A DNA stretch of 62,516 nucleotides, filler included, from Rhabdomonas costata (Eukaryota): the NCBI GenBank assembly GCA_019059605.1. It is 23 parts of 23 records of this genome, joined end to end, with 100 filler letters (N's around TTAATTAATTAA, not from the genome) between each part and the next. Parts side by side here need not be neighbours in the genome. Positions count along the whole stretch, not along the records: positions 10,891 to 13,514 come from JAHMHO010002579.1; positions 13,615 to 16,238 come from JAHMHO010002580.1; positions 16,339 to 18,962 come from JAHMHO010002581.1; positions 19,063 to 21,686 come from JAHMHO010002582.1; positions 21,787 to 24,410 come from JAHMHO010002583.1; positions 24,511 to 27,131 come from JAHMHO010002584.1; 17 more parts are not named here. One strand, 5' to 3'. A program made the position numbers and the translations under genes. A model generated the notes under the pieces. It ran no database searches. It worked only from the letters and a program-made list of their open reading frames with translations, and was not told where the DNA came from. How positions within the stretch are numbered: the stretch's first letter is position 1; every line of letters begins with the position of its first letter. Shown one piece after another: positions 13,170 to 25,639 of this stretch.

Positions 13170-15299
13170 GTTGTCCAACTCACAACCTCTGCACGGCTTT
13201 CCCGCTTCTTTACATTTTCAAAAATCAATTCTTCCGAAATGTTTTTGCGGTACTCCCCCTCCCTTACACACTGGGTCACTTTTGCAGCCTCACCCTTACC
13301 ACTCTTTGTCCTCCAGGAGTGAGCGAGTTTTTTGTGAGCACACGTCTCCTGTACCACCTATTTTCCTTATTATTATTTTATTATAACTTCGTTTATTTAA
13401 TCATTAAGTCACGGCACTGCGGCACAAGCAGGAGTTCAAGAGTTCTTGAAGCGTCTGGGCACCAAAAATAATCTACAAGAAGGAACACGAGACAGATCGA
13501 AGGACGACAAACACNNNNNNNNNNNNNNNNNNNNNNNNNNNNNNNNNNNNNNNNNNNNTTAATTAATTAANNNNNNNNNNNNNNNNNNNNNNNNNNNNNN
13601 NNNNNNNNNNNNNNTGTGGTGGTCTCACTTGGGCGTGCACCCTCCTCCTCCCCCTCCTCAGGCCCAGGCCCAGGCCCAGGCCCAGGGTGCACGCCCAAGT
13701 GAGACCACCACGGCCAAGCAGGCATCCGCATCCTCAGACAAGCACTTGTGGTGTTGTGTGTTGGCCTGCTAATATGGCGGTGCAATTGACGTGTGTTTTT
13801 TGGAGGGTAACGGCTTTTTCTTTGCTGAACTCATGCCGGGAAAAAGATGGTGCTGTTTAGGACGTTGCTGCAATACAAATGCGCTCTGCAAGCCCTTAAG
13901 GTTGAAGAAGCTCGAGCACAACTGAAAAGACTGCTCTTTGCAGGAAGAAAGCCATTGATGGGACGAAGGGGTGGGCGAAGTGAGGACAAGGTACAATGCC
14001 TTTCTGGGTGAGATGAAAACGTGTACCTTTCGCTGAAGTGTTATGTTTGGAAGCAACCAAATGGGTCCGCGAGGGCGGAATGTTTTTTGTGTGGAGACGA
14101 TAGAGTGCTGCTCGACCCTGTATGTTGCACACTTTCCTTTCACACAGCCCCCGAATGGTCAGTCCCGAGATGCCCCACCCCCCGTGGCCTCGGAGGCGAG
14201 GGCTGCGCCACCAGCGGCCGCAGCGTCCGATGCCCCATTGGCACAGGACCCCTTGGCAGGTTGCCTGCGGTGGGGGAGAGCGACTTGGGGGAGGTTTGCA
14301 CGAGATATCACGTCACCATCCCTATGTCGTCAACCTTCCTGGTGGGCTCTCTTTTGTCTCACTCAAGCGCGCACGCCAGGCAAGGGACGTCCTTAGGGAA
14401 ACGGAAAAAACCGAAAAACTGATTCCCTCAGTGATGAACTTATGAATTTTCATACCTCTCCCAGAATCGCTGGTGTCTGCTCAGTGACTGTAAGGAATCA
14501 ACGCCAGATATTTGGATAAGTTAAAAGTGATAGGGAGAAACATGGAAGAGATGCAAGGAACGGTTCGCTATTCCCGCTCCATCCCCTACATTCACCCGTC
14601 ACATCAACTCCTGAGACATCGTTAAATTGGTAGGGTAAATTGGTGGGGGGGTTCTCCTTTGGGACTTCCCCGAACTTGTCCAAAAGAAGTAGCCCGTACA
14701 AAGGCCCTAAGCCATAGCATGGACTTGGACACAATGTTCCCAGCTCGCAATGCGTTGTCTCCGCAGAAGTAACCGCATCGGGAATCGTGGTACAGCTCGA
14801 CAAGCATGGAGATTTGTTATCGGAATAAAATAAACAGAAAATTGATACGTCTCTACACGTCAATACAGGGTAATGTTCACAGTTCGTTCGAAAGGAAAAG
14901 GCAATAATTTACAGCAAAAGCAGAAACTATGAGGTATAATGAAAGAAAAGGCCAGGGAGTTTTTGCATAGCACCGTGAGGAGCGTCAAGCCGCACATCTG
15001 AACAAAGAAATCAACTTCGCGGTGGGCAAAAGTCAATTGATCTGACATCACACGCACCGTCTCGCACATCTCTGCCACATCACCCCCCGTTGCCCATGCA
15101 TAACAATGGAACAGTGGAACCACACTTACAGTGGAACCACACTTCGAAGCTGCTGGTTTTTAAACAGGCAAAATTAGAGTGTTGGGGATGGGGTTGGCAC
15201 TGCATACTGCACAATGGAAGGCAGCTGCGGTGGTTCTAATTCCGACACTGAGGGGAGGGGGTGGGAGGAAGGAGTTGGTGCACAAAGGAAGGTGGCGGA

Positions 15300-15680
15300 A
15301 ACAAGAAAGGAGGATTCGCCCACCCTCGTCGTAGCCACCTGGAACGGTCAAAAAAGCTGAACGTGAAGTCAGCAAATGTTACGCGCAGTGCCGGACCAAA
15401 GCCGGGGGGGGGGGAGAATAGGCTGGCGAGCCACACCAGTCCGGCCTCTACGAGATCGCAGAGCTCTGTCCAGCGACGGCGAAGCATGTCCTCCACAGCT
15501 GTGTGTGTTGCAAAATGTAGGGAACGTCCCAGCTCGCCTCCCATTGCAAGAGGGCTGCCTTTTTTTCTTCTGATGAGTGAGAAGATTAGCTGGCCGAGCC
15601 AACGTTTCAACTCTCGCTCAGAAACCTCATGAATGCTAGCATAAATGTTAACAAGCGCCCACTTGTGATGTCTGTCAGGG
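15300..15680 (-). mobile_element. Possible degenerate non-LTR retrotransposon APE-endonuclease remnant
   Basis: ALVNIYASIHEVSERE...SPLAMGGELG resembles the APE motifs LVNIYAP and PLIxGGDFN, but the catalytic residues are not intact. Confidence 0.3.
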
Positions 15681-16362
15681 CAACTTTGGGGATTGGAGAT
15701 AATGGGGGTGTAAGAAGACATTTCGGTTCAAAGGCGGGACATTCTCCGTGGGCACCGTGTGCCGTTGAGTCTCCATAGGGCGGTTGCGGACTACTGCGTG
15801 CGAGCTGCCTCACACATAATCGAAGCGCAAAGCGTCGTAAGTGCCACAAGGGTGAGACATACCATCCATTCATTTCAATGTCCCATAAGATGTGCACCCC
15901 CTGCAATTGGGCGCATACAATCTAAGCGCTCGACGAGCATTCAGGCCGGCGAGTCTTCTGACTTACCGCACCATACCTTCAATCCCATCCTGTACACAAC
16001 TTTTTCTAATTCAGTTTACCCCACTCCAACTCCTCAAGAAACTGGCCACCTTCCGGGGCGCTGGGCTTGGACTTGGAGGGGCTGCTGGAGGAGCTTCCTG
16101 CCTTCCTTCTCGGCGGCGAGGACGGGGCCTCTGTGGTTTCCGGGCAGAGCGGGGGTGTGGCCGGGGCGGGCTCCAAGTTTGCCGCTGTGGGGCCAGCGGG
16201 CCGGCCACACCCCCGCTCTGCCCGGAAACCACAAACACNNNNNNNNNNNNNNNNNNNNNNNNNNNNNNNNNNNNNNNNNNNNTTAATTAATTAANNNNNN
16301 NNNNNNNNNNNNNNNNNNNNNNNNNNNNNNNNNNNNNNTGTGATAGGTGTGTTTGGGGGTTG

Positions 16363-17096
16363 TGTTTCTGGATGAGTTTCAATTCTCTTGTTAGGATTTG
16401 GGTGTGGGCCTTCTGATTAGGTTTCTGGGTTTGAGTTCAGGTGTCTGTACTTGTTTCATTTCACTCCTGTGCTGTATTAGTGGCGGATACTATCAGTAAC
16501 ACTTGCGGCTTTTGTGTTCTTTCTTATGTCCCGTCATTTGGAGTTATGCCATTTTTTCTGCATTAGTCGTGTGTGCCGTCGTGATTTCGATGCGGCGGGG
16601 ACTGTCTTCTGCAAATGGGAATTTTATCCAACCTGATGTGTTTCTGATTTTCTATTTTATTGGGTTTGAAGTTGCGCTTGACAGCGTGGCTACGGAGACC
16701 AGACGTTAAATTACAGCTTTAATAACCAAAAAACAATGCAGGCAGGCAATTGTACCCGCACTCAAAGTGAGAAGTTCATATTCTACTTCATTTCGACTTG
16801 AGTCTACATTGCTTTATTCTACAAAATTACCGTATCAAGTGTATCTCCATGTAGAGGTGCCATTCTGCACTAATACTGATCATGTTTTCATATTTGGACA
16901 TCGCTAAAAAATAGACTGAAACAGTTTGTGATTCCGTACATTGACGGTAGCTTGGGTCGCTTCTATTGATATGAATGTAGAACCGGTGTTTGATTTCTGT
17001 TTCTGGATGAGTTTCAATTCTCTTGTTAGGATTTGGGTGTGGGCCTTCTGATTAGGTTTCTGGGTTTGAGTTCAGGTGTCTGTACTTGTTTCATTT
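16363..17096 (+). repeat. 99-bp perfect direct repeat (16363-16461 and 16998-17096)
   Basis: Identical by eye. The first copy abuts a G/T primer-like contig start, so it is probably an amplification chimera. Confidence 0.9.
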
Positions 17097-20000
17097 GTTG
17101 TGCTCTGGGTTCCACACAATAGTGATGCCCATACACCATCAAAAGTAAAGCACTAACGCAACGCGGAAGCACTATCAAACGTACGCTCACACCCAAGACA
17201 TTTGGTATGTCTGCGCCTCACATCATAACACATCAAGCACATAAGCATAGGCACGTAACTGAAGAATAGTGGTTCGACCACATGCGCGAAATCACCTACA
17301 TCTGCAACACCTTAGTCCGCACAAACTTCGTGAAACTTCCTGCTCTCACTGGATCATGGGAACACCTAACTGGCGTTTGATACTCAGCAAACCGCGTCCA
17401 CTTCGCACCAGTGTGGCCAGTGAACGAAACACGTCTCACGCCACACCACATCAACATTTAATCACGCTCAAACAGCTTTACAGCTCCAAACAGTCCCGAC
17501 TCTTCAACCAGATGCTTCTTCTCTGCATCACCTGTGCTTTGAAACAACATCTCGCTCATACTCTGCCCCATATCACACTCTTTAATATGACACCTAACAA
17601 CTGTCACATACATGCACTTTAATGGTCAAGATCCCACATCAACCAGCCACTACCCGGTCTTCAATAATACCTGATATTACCAGAGTTTGCATGCATCTCT
17701 GCGATTGCAAAGCTATGCCATTTCATCAATTTCTACAAGCCCTTGAATCCGGCGTCTTATATTCGCAAGCAACCGAACCACGTATCACAAAGTTTGTCCT
17801 CAGACTTTGACGCCATCCTGGGGCAACACGCCGGGGCAATCGATGCAATCTCTGGGATGACACGAAACACAACCCATGTACTACAGGTCTTCGGCACGAG
17901 CAACGACAGTGAGACCTGAGGCCGTCATACTTGTCCTTTGGACGATGAACACATGCTTCAATGTTCCACACTTGAACAATTTCATCAACGTGAGCAACCT
18001 GCACGACGCCTTTGGGCCTCAAAAGTCCCAGATAGACTATTTGTGGAAAGCGATGCGGCGCGGCACAATCCATCCAGGAATGTCGCATAAACTCCGACCA
18101 AAATCCGGTTGTGAATGATTTCAACTGGGCTTTTTACCTTTTCTATGGTCTTCAGGACGCGATAACAACGATCGACTGGCGGCACATCCGTCACCTTCAT
18201 TTGGCCCTATGCGATGCTCTAAAGCAGGACTTTGTGAGAAGTCTTGATGTTATCTGTCCGATCTCACAAAAGACACCCCGGACGCCATAGAGGCAGTTGA
18301 CAGTTACTGGTTCCGCCTCAAAAGCAGCACCCACGTCATAGTAGAAACGCTTATACACCAAAACTCCTATGGCGCTGGGAGATGCCAAATATGACGCAAG
18401 AGCAACGGCACGTCCAGAAAACAGTTGGGGCAGATCAGAGGCATCAAAGATATCACGGTTCATCACAATGGCAAGGAAGTCAAACGCATCACCTCCTGCG
18501 TAGGTTGCGACAGTGTCTGCGTCATGCCAAACATGACCACATCTGGCGAGAGAGTGCCAGAGCGTTGTCGGCACTACGACTACATGACATCCAAAGCGTC
18601 CATAAAGTCATCTGATGGCTGGAGGAAACATGTGAAGCCATGCACCGGAACTACACGCAAGTCACAGCCACAGAACTTCATGATTACTTCCGCACAATTT
18701 TTGCCGGCGCACTCCTGCCCACCAATTTCTAGCAGACATGGCAACACTAAAATATCCACTAAAGCCGAGTGCTGGAACAGAACCACTAACAGTCACGCCC
18801 ACACACTTGCACATATACAGCCATTCATTCGAGAGTTCAACGTCGGCAATTCACCATCAGCAACATTACAGTTTATTCGCACTCCGCATCGTGCAACACG
18901 ATTTTTCTCCACAATGTGCGTTGTTTGGATTATGGTATACATCACTATATGTCATAAACCACNNNNNNNNNNNNNNNNNNNNNNNNNNNNNNNNNNNNNN
19001 NNNNNNTTAATTAATTAANNNNNNNNNNNNNNNNNNNNNNNNNNNNNNNNNNNNNNNNNNNNGAGGGGTTGCAATTGTGTAAGTGATAGTGATATTGTCC
19101 CTATGACACGTAGAAAGTTCTGTGTATAATCTCCTCAAACCTATACAAAGTTTGATGTCCTGAGGTGACAGTGTGAGTTTCTGAACAAAAACCCCTCTCA
19201 CCCTCTCACTGAGGCGTGGTGAGGGTGAATTGATGGGTAAGTTGTGGGGAACGTCCCGTTTTTGCGAGGCGGGAGGCCTCGGAAAAGGGGGACGGTGCTC
19301 ACAACTTACTGTACTGCTCCCGCCGAGGTGGCAGATGAACCCAAGGCATCTGACCTCCTCCTGTGTTATGCGGACACTGAAAAGCGAAAAGCGACTGAAA
19401 AAAGTAGCTGGGCCCTGCCACGGTCATGGTTCACCGAACTAATTGGGCGGCCAAGTAAGGCAAAAAAAGATTACGAAGCCAGTGGACAGGTAAGGAGTCT
19501 CCTACGATATCCCCCCCCTACGATATCACCAAAAAGACACCTTTTTGAATCACCGACCCGCGCGTACCGCCGTGCCGCCCGTTTTCTGGGGACGTGCACT
19601 CCACGGCCATTTCACGCGCACCAACCTGGTTTCTGCTTTCTAGCCTAGTCCTGCCCTGCTGCTCGAGGCGCCACTCCCCCCGGTGGGTGTGCCCCGCGGA
19701 GCTTCCCTCGACTGATGTTAATTCCACCAAGCACTCACCCGGATTCCCAGGCATACATCGGGCGTAGCTCCAAGTGCCAACGCCGAGACGCCGAGAAGGG
19801 CGGTCAACCACGGAACGGAGCTCCAGCTTTTCCAACAATGAAAACCGTCGCACCCGAATTGAAGCATAAGCGACAATGCTTGAAAATGCACTGAATTGGT
19901 AATTTAAGCAGCGAAATCAATTGTTCTGTCCCCAGAGTTTGGTTCTTCTTTTTATAAACTGGCTCTCAAAGCAAAATTCGGCTTCCGAGCTGTTATCTCT

Positions 20001-21841
20001 CACGACCATGAGCGTGCAGAGAAGACATAGACGTGGAAACCTATAGAAGCCAAGAAGAAGACGCACGAGAATGATCAGAATACCATGACGTCTCACGGGA
20101 TTCACTTGCCTGCCTTGAGGTCTGCAGCTTCCTTATTGCAGGAGCGATGTGGAAAACCCATCCTTCCTGAGGTACCTTGATCATCTCTCATGTGCTAATG
20201 CCAGCGCAAATAGCTCACTCAATAGCTTCAATTCTCCACGACCAAGCTCCTGCTTAGCTGCTAGCGACCGTTGTTAGTCCCGATGGTGACAACCCACAGG
20301 CACTCATCCTATCACCACATAGTCCAATTGGGCGTCAACTCAGCGGTAGCTCTCTGCAAGTAATGTCCATTGGTGCCTTGAGACTAAATGGGAAGTCCTG
20401 ACTAAATGGGAAGTCCTAAAGGGCCACGCGAAGGCGCTCGGATGGGTATGGTTTCCTCGGTTCCCGATTCCTACCACAACGAAATAGAGAAAACCCGACA
20501 GATACTGGAATCTACAGACTATTCCGACGACGTCAACCCCCACCCCCGTCTTGCCATATTTCCCGAGTGCTCGTTTCCGTCGTTCACTGAATAGACGTCA
20601 TCAAGACCCCAACCCAATCAGCTATTCCGCTGTCGAGCGTTTCCCAAAGTCGACTCGCGAAGAAGCCCGAAGCAGGAGAAAGGCAAATTCCCGTAAACAG
20701 ACATCTCCACCGGTCAAAAAAAGGTTTTTGCCCCGGCAGAGTGAGGTCGAACTCGGGTAAGGGGGGGAAACAAACCAGCAGTCCACTGCGAGCACCCCGA
20801 AGAAGGCCATCCGGAACAGCACCAGCCCCCCGTAGGACGCCACGCATACGAACCACGCGCCGCCTGCGCCGGCCCCACCCTGCGTCCTGATCCCCTCGGC
20901 GCCCCGAGAGGGTGCCGGCGAAGGGGCCACGGAGGGGGTGCCCATTCCACTGTGGTTCGCAGAGCCGTGGGAGAGCCGAGAGGCAGCCGCCTCCCGTGAC
21001 AGCCTCTCCGCTTTCCGAGGGGTGAGCCACATTGCCACTGGACAGCAGTGACTCAGTCACAAAAATGGGGGGTGGCAAACCACACACCGGGCACTCCAAC
21101 AGGCAGCGACTGCTGCGAGAAAGGTCTGCGGACATAGTTTTGGATTCTTCCATGGCTGTGCCAATATCGCTGGACTCATTGCTCCACTTCGCGATGACTT
21201 CTCAATTGAAAAAGCTCTTTTCAATTGTTTCATCTACACCGCCTCGCTATATCATGGAAAGGATGAGAAAAGGTGCCGGACGACTTATGGAACTCCCTGT
21301 AAAACGAAATTTCTGCAGCTGGCCTCCGCATAACATCAACAAAAAAAGACTGCGCACAATGCAGCACCACAACAAAAAGGGTGTCGAGAGATAGTGAATG
21401 CGCGAGAAGGGGGAAAGCCCAGTCGCACGGACGAAAGTGACCGAGCAGACCGTCATGTATTTGTGAGTATGTGGCTAGAATTATACTGCTTCATACCATT
21501 GCAGCCCGAACCACCCGCCATTCTTCCAGCATCCCGCCCACATCACAGGACTGCCGCTTGTGCCGTCAGCCCTCATTCCCACCTCCCCGGTCACAGTCCA
21601 CGCGGCAACGATGAAATCGCCCCCGCAACACTACACAACAACGAGAAAAAACGAAGGGTCAGCAAAACCCCCTCCTCCCTGACCTCNNNNNNNNNNNNNN
21701 NNNNNNNNNNNNNNNNNNNNNNNNNNNNNNTTAATTAATTAANNNNNNNNNNNNNNNNNNNNNNNNNNNNNNNNNNNNNNNNNNNNTGTGGGGGGGGGGT
21801 CTGGAGAAAAGGCGGCTTTCCGTGGAACCCTCGATGGCGCA

Positions 21842-23089
21842 CTAGATATTGGGGTCGCTGGAGAAGCTGGAGGGGTCGATGTGAGTGAAGGTGTCGATAT
21901 TAATCTCGTCCATGTGCTCAATCATGGCGTCGCCGAACTCGGACGTTTTGAGCTTCTTGGCGCCCTCCATTTGATGGGCAAAGTCAAACGTCACCTGGAA
22001 GAAGTGCAGGGCAATCGTTTTGGAGCAGCGCGGGAGAGGCATTAGGCGCGTGAGATAATATGACCATCTCACCTCCAGAGAGTTTCTCAGTACAGCGATC
22101 CCATAAGCAGCGCGGAAAATCCCCCTCGACATGAGATGCAAGCGGAGATTCGGAGGTGCGACGCTTCTGTCTCCGCCATTCATTAAATATCTGAACAAGG
22201 GCACCTGCATTTCCACAAACAGCATTTGCACAGCGCAACAGGAAGGCACGACCTGTTTGCACGCGATGGTGCGGTCCAGCGCGAGCAGGATGACATTGGC
22301 TGCGCGGCTCCAGCCCATGTGCCGCAACATCATCTCTCCGCTGAGAATCACCTGTGCGAGGGAGGGAGCCACGGGGCAAGGAAGAGGGAAGTGCGGAAAG
22401 GATATCTGTTGGTTAGAGCAAGACCCAAGAAACCGTGCGCAGAAACGGAGAGGGGAGCATTGGTTCTCTTTTACCCACGATGACTCTTGTTCCCGTCAGC
22501 TCTTTGTTCTCACTTCGTTGTCTCAGAAAGTGCATCGCCACCGCAAGTGAGCGAGGGTGTGGGGTGGAGTGTGAGTAGGGGTCTTCATGCCGAGCCAGGA
22601 TTGACGACGTCCAGGTTGGCGAAGCGCGGGGCAGTGCCGTGGGTGGCCTCAAACACGGCATGGCCGGTGAGGTAATTGATGTTCCCCCCAGGGGCAATCC
22701 CGATGCCTCCCACCTGGAAGCAGCCCCACCCCCGTCATTCCGAAGATCCTCCGCTGCAACCCATTCGATCCATGCAGTCCGTTCCAAATCCACTGTGAAG
22801 ACGGTATGGTATTGCACTGGTCCCGAAATCAACGGAGAGCAATGGCACCCCATGCTATAGCACGCCTCCTCAATTCTGTTCTTCTGTGCTGGAAAAACCC
22901 GCACAAAAAGCACCTCCCTCACCAGCACACAATAGAACTACCTACGGATATACGAGAAAGCTGCAACGAAACTGCAGGATTTGGTTGACAAGTGCCCACT
23001 AAACCCCAAAGGCAAACCTGGGCAGCAAGGGCGTCGCTGAGATAGTCCCCGTTCAGGTTAGTGGTCGCAATAACGTCAAAGTTTTGCGG
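21842..23089 (-). CDS. icd: Isocitrate dehydrogenase, E. coli Icd-type, C-terminal four exons
   Basis: Exons: 23089-23018 ([24 protein letters not shown]), 22713-22591 ([13 protein letters not shown]...FEATHGTAP...VNPGS, GC donor), 22351-22253 ([14 protein letters not shown]), 21994-21842 ([25 protein letters not shown], stop). Very close to the E. coli Icd C-terminus as recalled. Confidence 0.93.
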
Positions 23090-23673
23090 CTGTGGGTGCA
23101 TCAAAAAAGCTTAACAACGAAGAAGGAAAGGACGCACGGGACATAGAGGTTTTCATAAGAACAAAAGCATAAACGTTCAAGTTGGCATATTATAAACCGT
23201 CGTTGTGTGTGTGTGGGGGGGGGATTACACACATCTTTGGAAGTCCCTCCGCAAAGCAACTCCTGCCCTCATCAAATTTCATGAACTTGACGTACGACGG
23301 GCTTAGGACATATAAAAAATTCTTCTGCTCATGTGCTCCAGGAGTTGGATGGCTGGTGCAGCCCAAACGCTCGCAGACTGCCAGGGTGCTCACTTCAGGC
23401 TACCGGCTCACCATTGCAACTTCGTCGGGTCTGTGGAACCTGCCTCATGGTTCACTGGCTTGTGGGCGGCATAGTACCCCGATATTCTGGGCTTGCTGTG
23501 ACTTACTTAATGTCGGTTATACTGCCATTGCTGCGGCGGCTGTGATGCCTTCTTCCTGTTCTCTGAGGCATTGGATGCCCTTGGGCAACCAATCTGGAAG
23601 TGCCTTTTTGGGATTAGAATTAAGCTCTCCGACATTGCAAGAAGAGGCTCTGAAAACAGAGTGCCAAGTTGAC

Positions 23674-24135
23674 CTTCAGATCCCTGTGAACAATCGCCCG
23701 TGCGTGCAGATAAACAAGCGCGTTGATCAACTGGAGGGTAATCTCCACCGCTTCGTGCTCCGATAGTGAACCCTTACTTTTAATGACGTCAAACAGCTCT
23801 CCGCCCCGCACGTACTCCTCCACCAGATACGTAAAGTCCGTGTCTTGAAAGGCGTCGTACAGCTTTACACAGTAAGTGGAGTCCAAGCTGCGCAGGATAG
23901 CAACTTCGTGCGCTGTGCAGCGAAGCTGCTTTGGAGTCTTTGCAACGACCTTGACCGCGTACACCTGCCCAGCTTCTACCCCCACGTATTCAGGGTCAAA
24001 CCGGCTTTGCTTGCACGTCACCCGATAAACACTGGCGAAAGCACCGGAACCCAAGCTAACTTTCGTGTCCCAGTCAAAAAGAAGCTGAGCGCTGTCCTGG
24101 CGCATGTACCGCAGGTATGGGAGGGAGGACTCCAT
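23674..24135 (-). CDS. CaMK-group Ser/Thr protein kinase, N-terminal exon only (to HRDLK)
   Basis: LGSGAFASV, YAVKVV, HEVAIL, VKLYDAF, YLVEEYVRGGELFD, IVHRDLK, then a phase-0 GT donor at 23673. I found no DFG/APE exon downstream. Confidence 0.9.
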
Positions 24136-25639
24136 TCGGTGCAGGAAAGGTAGGTAAAACGAAAACGGTGCTGCCAGTGCAGCGAAAGATGGCATTAGCT
24201 TTGCATTTCATTCCAAAACAAAAGATGGAGCAGAAAAATAGACACATAGGTATCCCATTTTGCTTCAGACTCTGCTGGATTTTATGTTTCGTTTCTTTAC
24301 ACCCCCCAACACATTCGATTCATATTGCGCCAGCATGTTGGCCTCGAGGGGTTTCTTGAGCACCTAGCTGCCCTTGAATGTCCCCAGACTCCACTTCCCT
24401 TCTTGCGTTANNNNNNNNNNNNNNNNNNNNNNNNNNNNNNNNNNNNNNNNNNNNTTAATTAATTAANNNNNNNNNNNNNNNNNNNNNNNNNNNNNNNNNN
24501 NNNNNNNNNNGGTTTTTGTGGAACCCTCCGTTTAAATCATGCGCAAGTTGGGCCATCCCAAATTAATAAATGAAGGCAAATGGTCGGTTATGTCGAAGCG
24601 TGGTCGTTCGGTACCGGCCCTTTTTTAGACCTTTTGTCTCCAAATTGCCTTTTGGTCTTCGTTTGTCCCGCGGTACCTTGACAATAATGGGGAATAGTCC
24701 GTCTGACATTCCGGCTGGAACGCCCATAAAAAGAGGAAAGGGCGGAACAAGGAGACCGAGGTGCGTAAGAAATTTCCCCCCCTCCCGCATTTGCGTCCGA
24801 AAAAATCCAAGTGACGTCCAAAATTCAAGTGTGGTCGACCGAGTTTTTTTTGTTGTCTAACCGCACGTGACCTTTGGTTTGAACCAATTGATTTGAACCA
24901 CATGTTTCAGAAGTAGCTGTCAGAGCGGAACATTTCCAGCACAAAGACTTTGGCTCTCCTGAGCTCCTGTGGCTCTACTGTTGTGTGGCTCAAACCCAAA
25001 CGTTTGTAGAACTTTCTCTTTTTTAAACAGATAAATCAGTAGCATATCAGTCAGACGTGAAGCCTACATAAGAGACACTAAACATGTCGTAATCTACCAT
25101 GGGCAAGCACCGCACATGTGGCTTCCATCGGCGGAAGACCACGTTACCCACGTGTCTATTACAAGAAGGCAAAGCAGCAGCAGCAGCAGCAGAAGACAGA
25201 AGGCCATATTTTTCCAAAAAAGAAGTCATCTTGGCTTCACCTGTACACAAACTATCAAGATCAAAAAATTGAACACCTGAAAACAGCTCCACATCTAGAT
25301 GTATGTTCCACATGGGACACCCCCAGCACATGAGTGGCGATCTAATCACCAAATTTTCTAATGTGGATCCAAAAGTGAATTTAAGCCAAAAGCAAAATTA
25401 AATATAATAATATACATAAAAAAGTAACTATAAAAGTTTACATAAATAATAAATATAGTAGTATGCATAAATAACACATCAATACTACAAACTACGTGCA
25501 TATTATATTATTTTAATATATCGCGGTGGACAGTTTTATTTGGAGAACTCAAAAGTTGAGATGAAAGTACATCTAAAACACACGTACAACGAGTTTACTG
25601 AATGAAAAATTCGTGAAACACCGAATTTCTGTACAATAG

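Noticed and set aside
14425-14500. GTGATGA as the C box of a C/D snoRNA
   Set aside because: No suitably placed CTGA D box or terminal stem.
16132-16233. Long GC-rich hairpin as terminator, MITE or pre-miRNA
   Set aside because: Same contig-end fold-back pattern as three other artefacts.
16363-17096. 99-bp direct repeat as an LTR pair
   Set aside because: No TG...CA ends, primer-binding site or internal ORF, and the first copy directly follows a primer-like tail.
20382-20418. 18-bp tandem duplication (similar ones near 15110-15143 and 39838-39867)
   Set aside because: Isolated two-copy slippage repeats with no spacers or associated genes.
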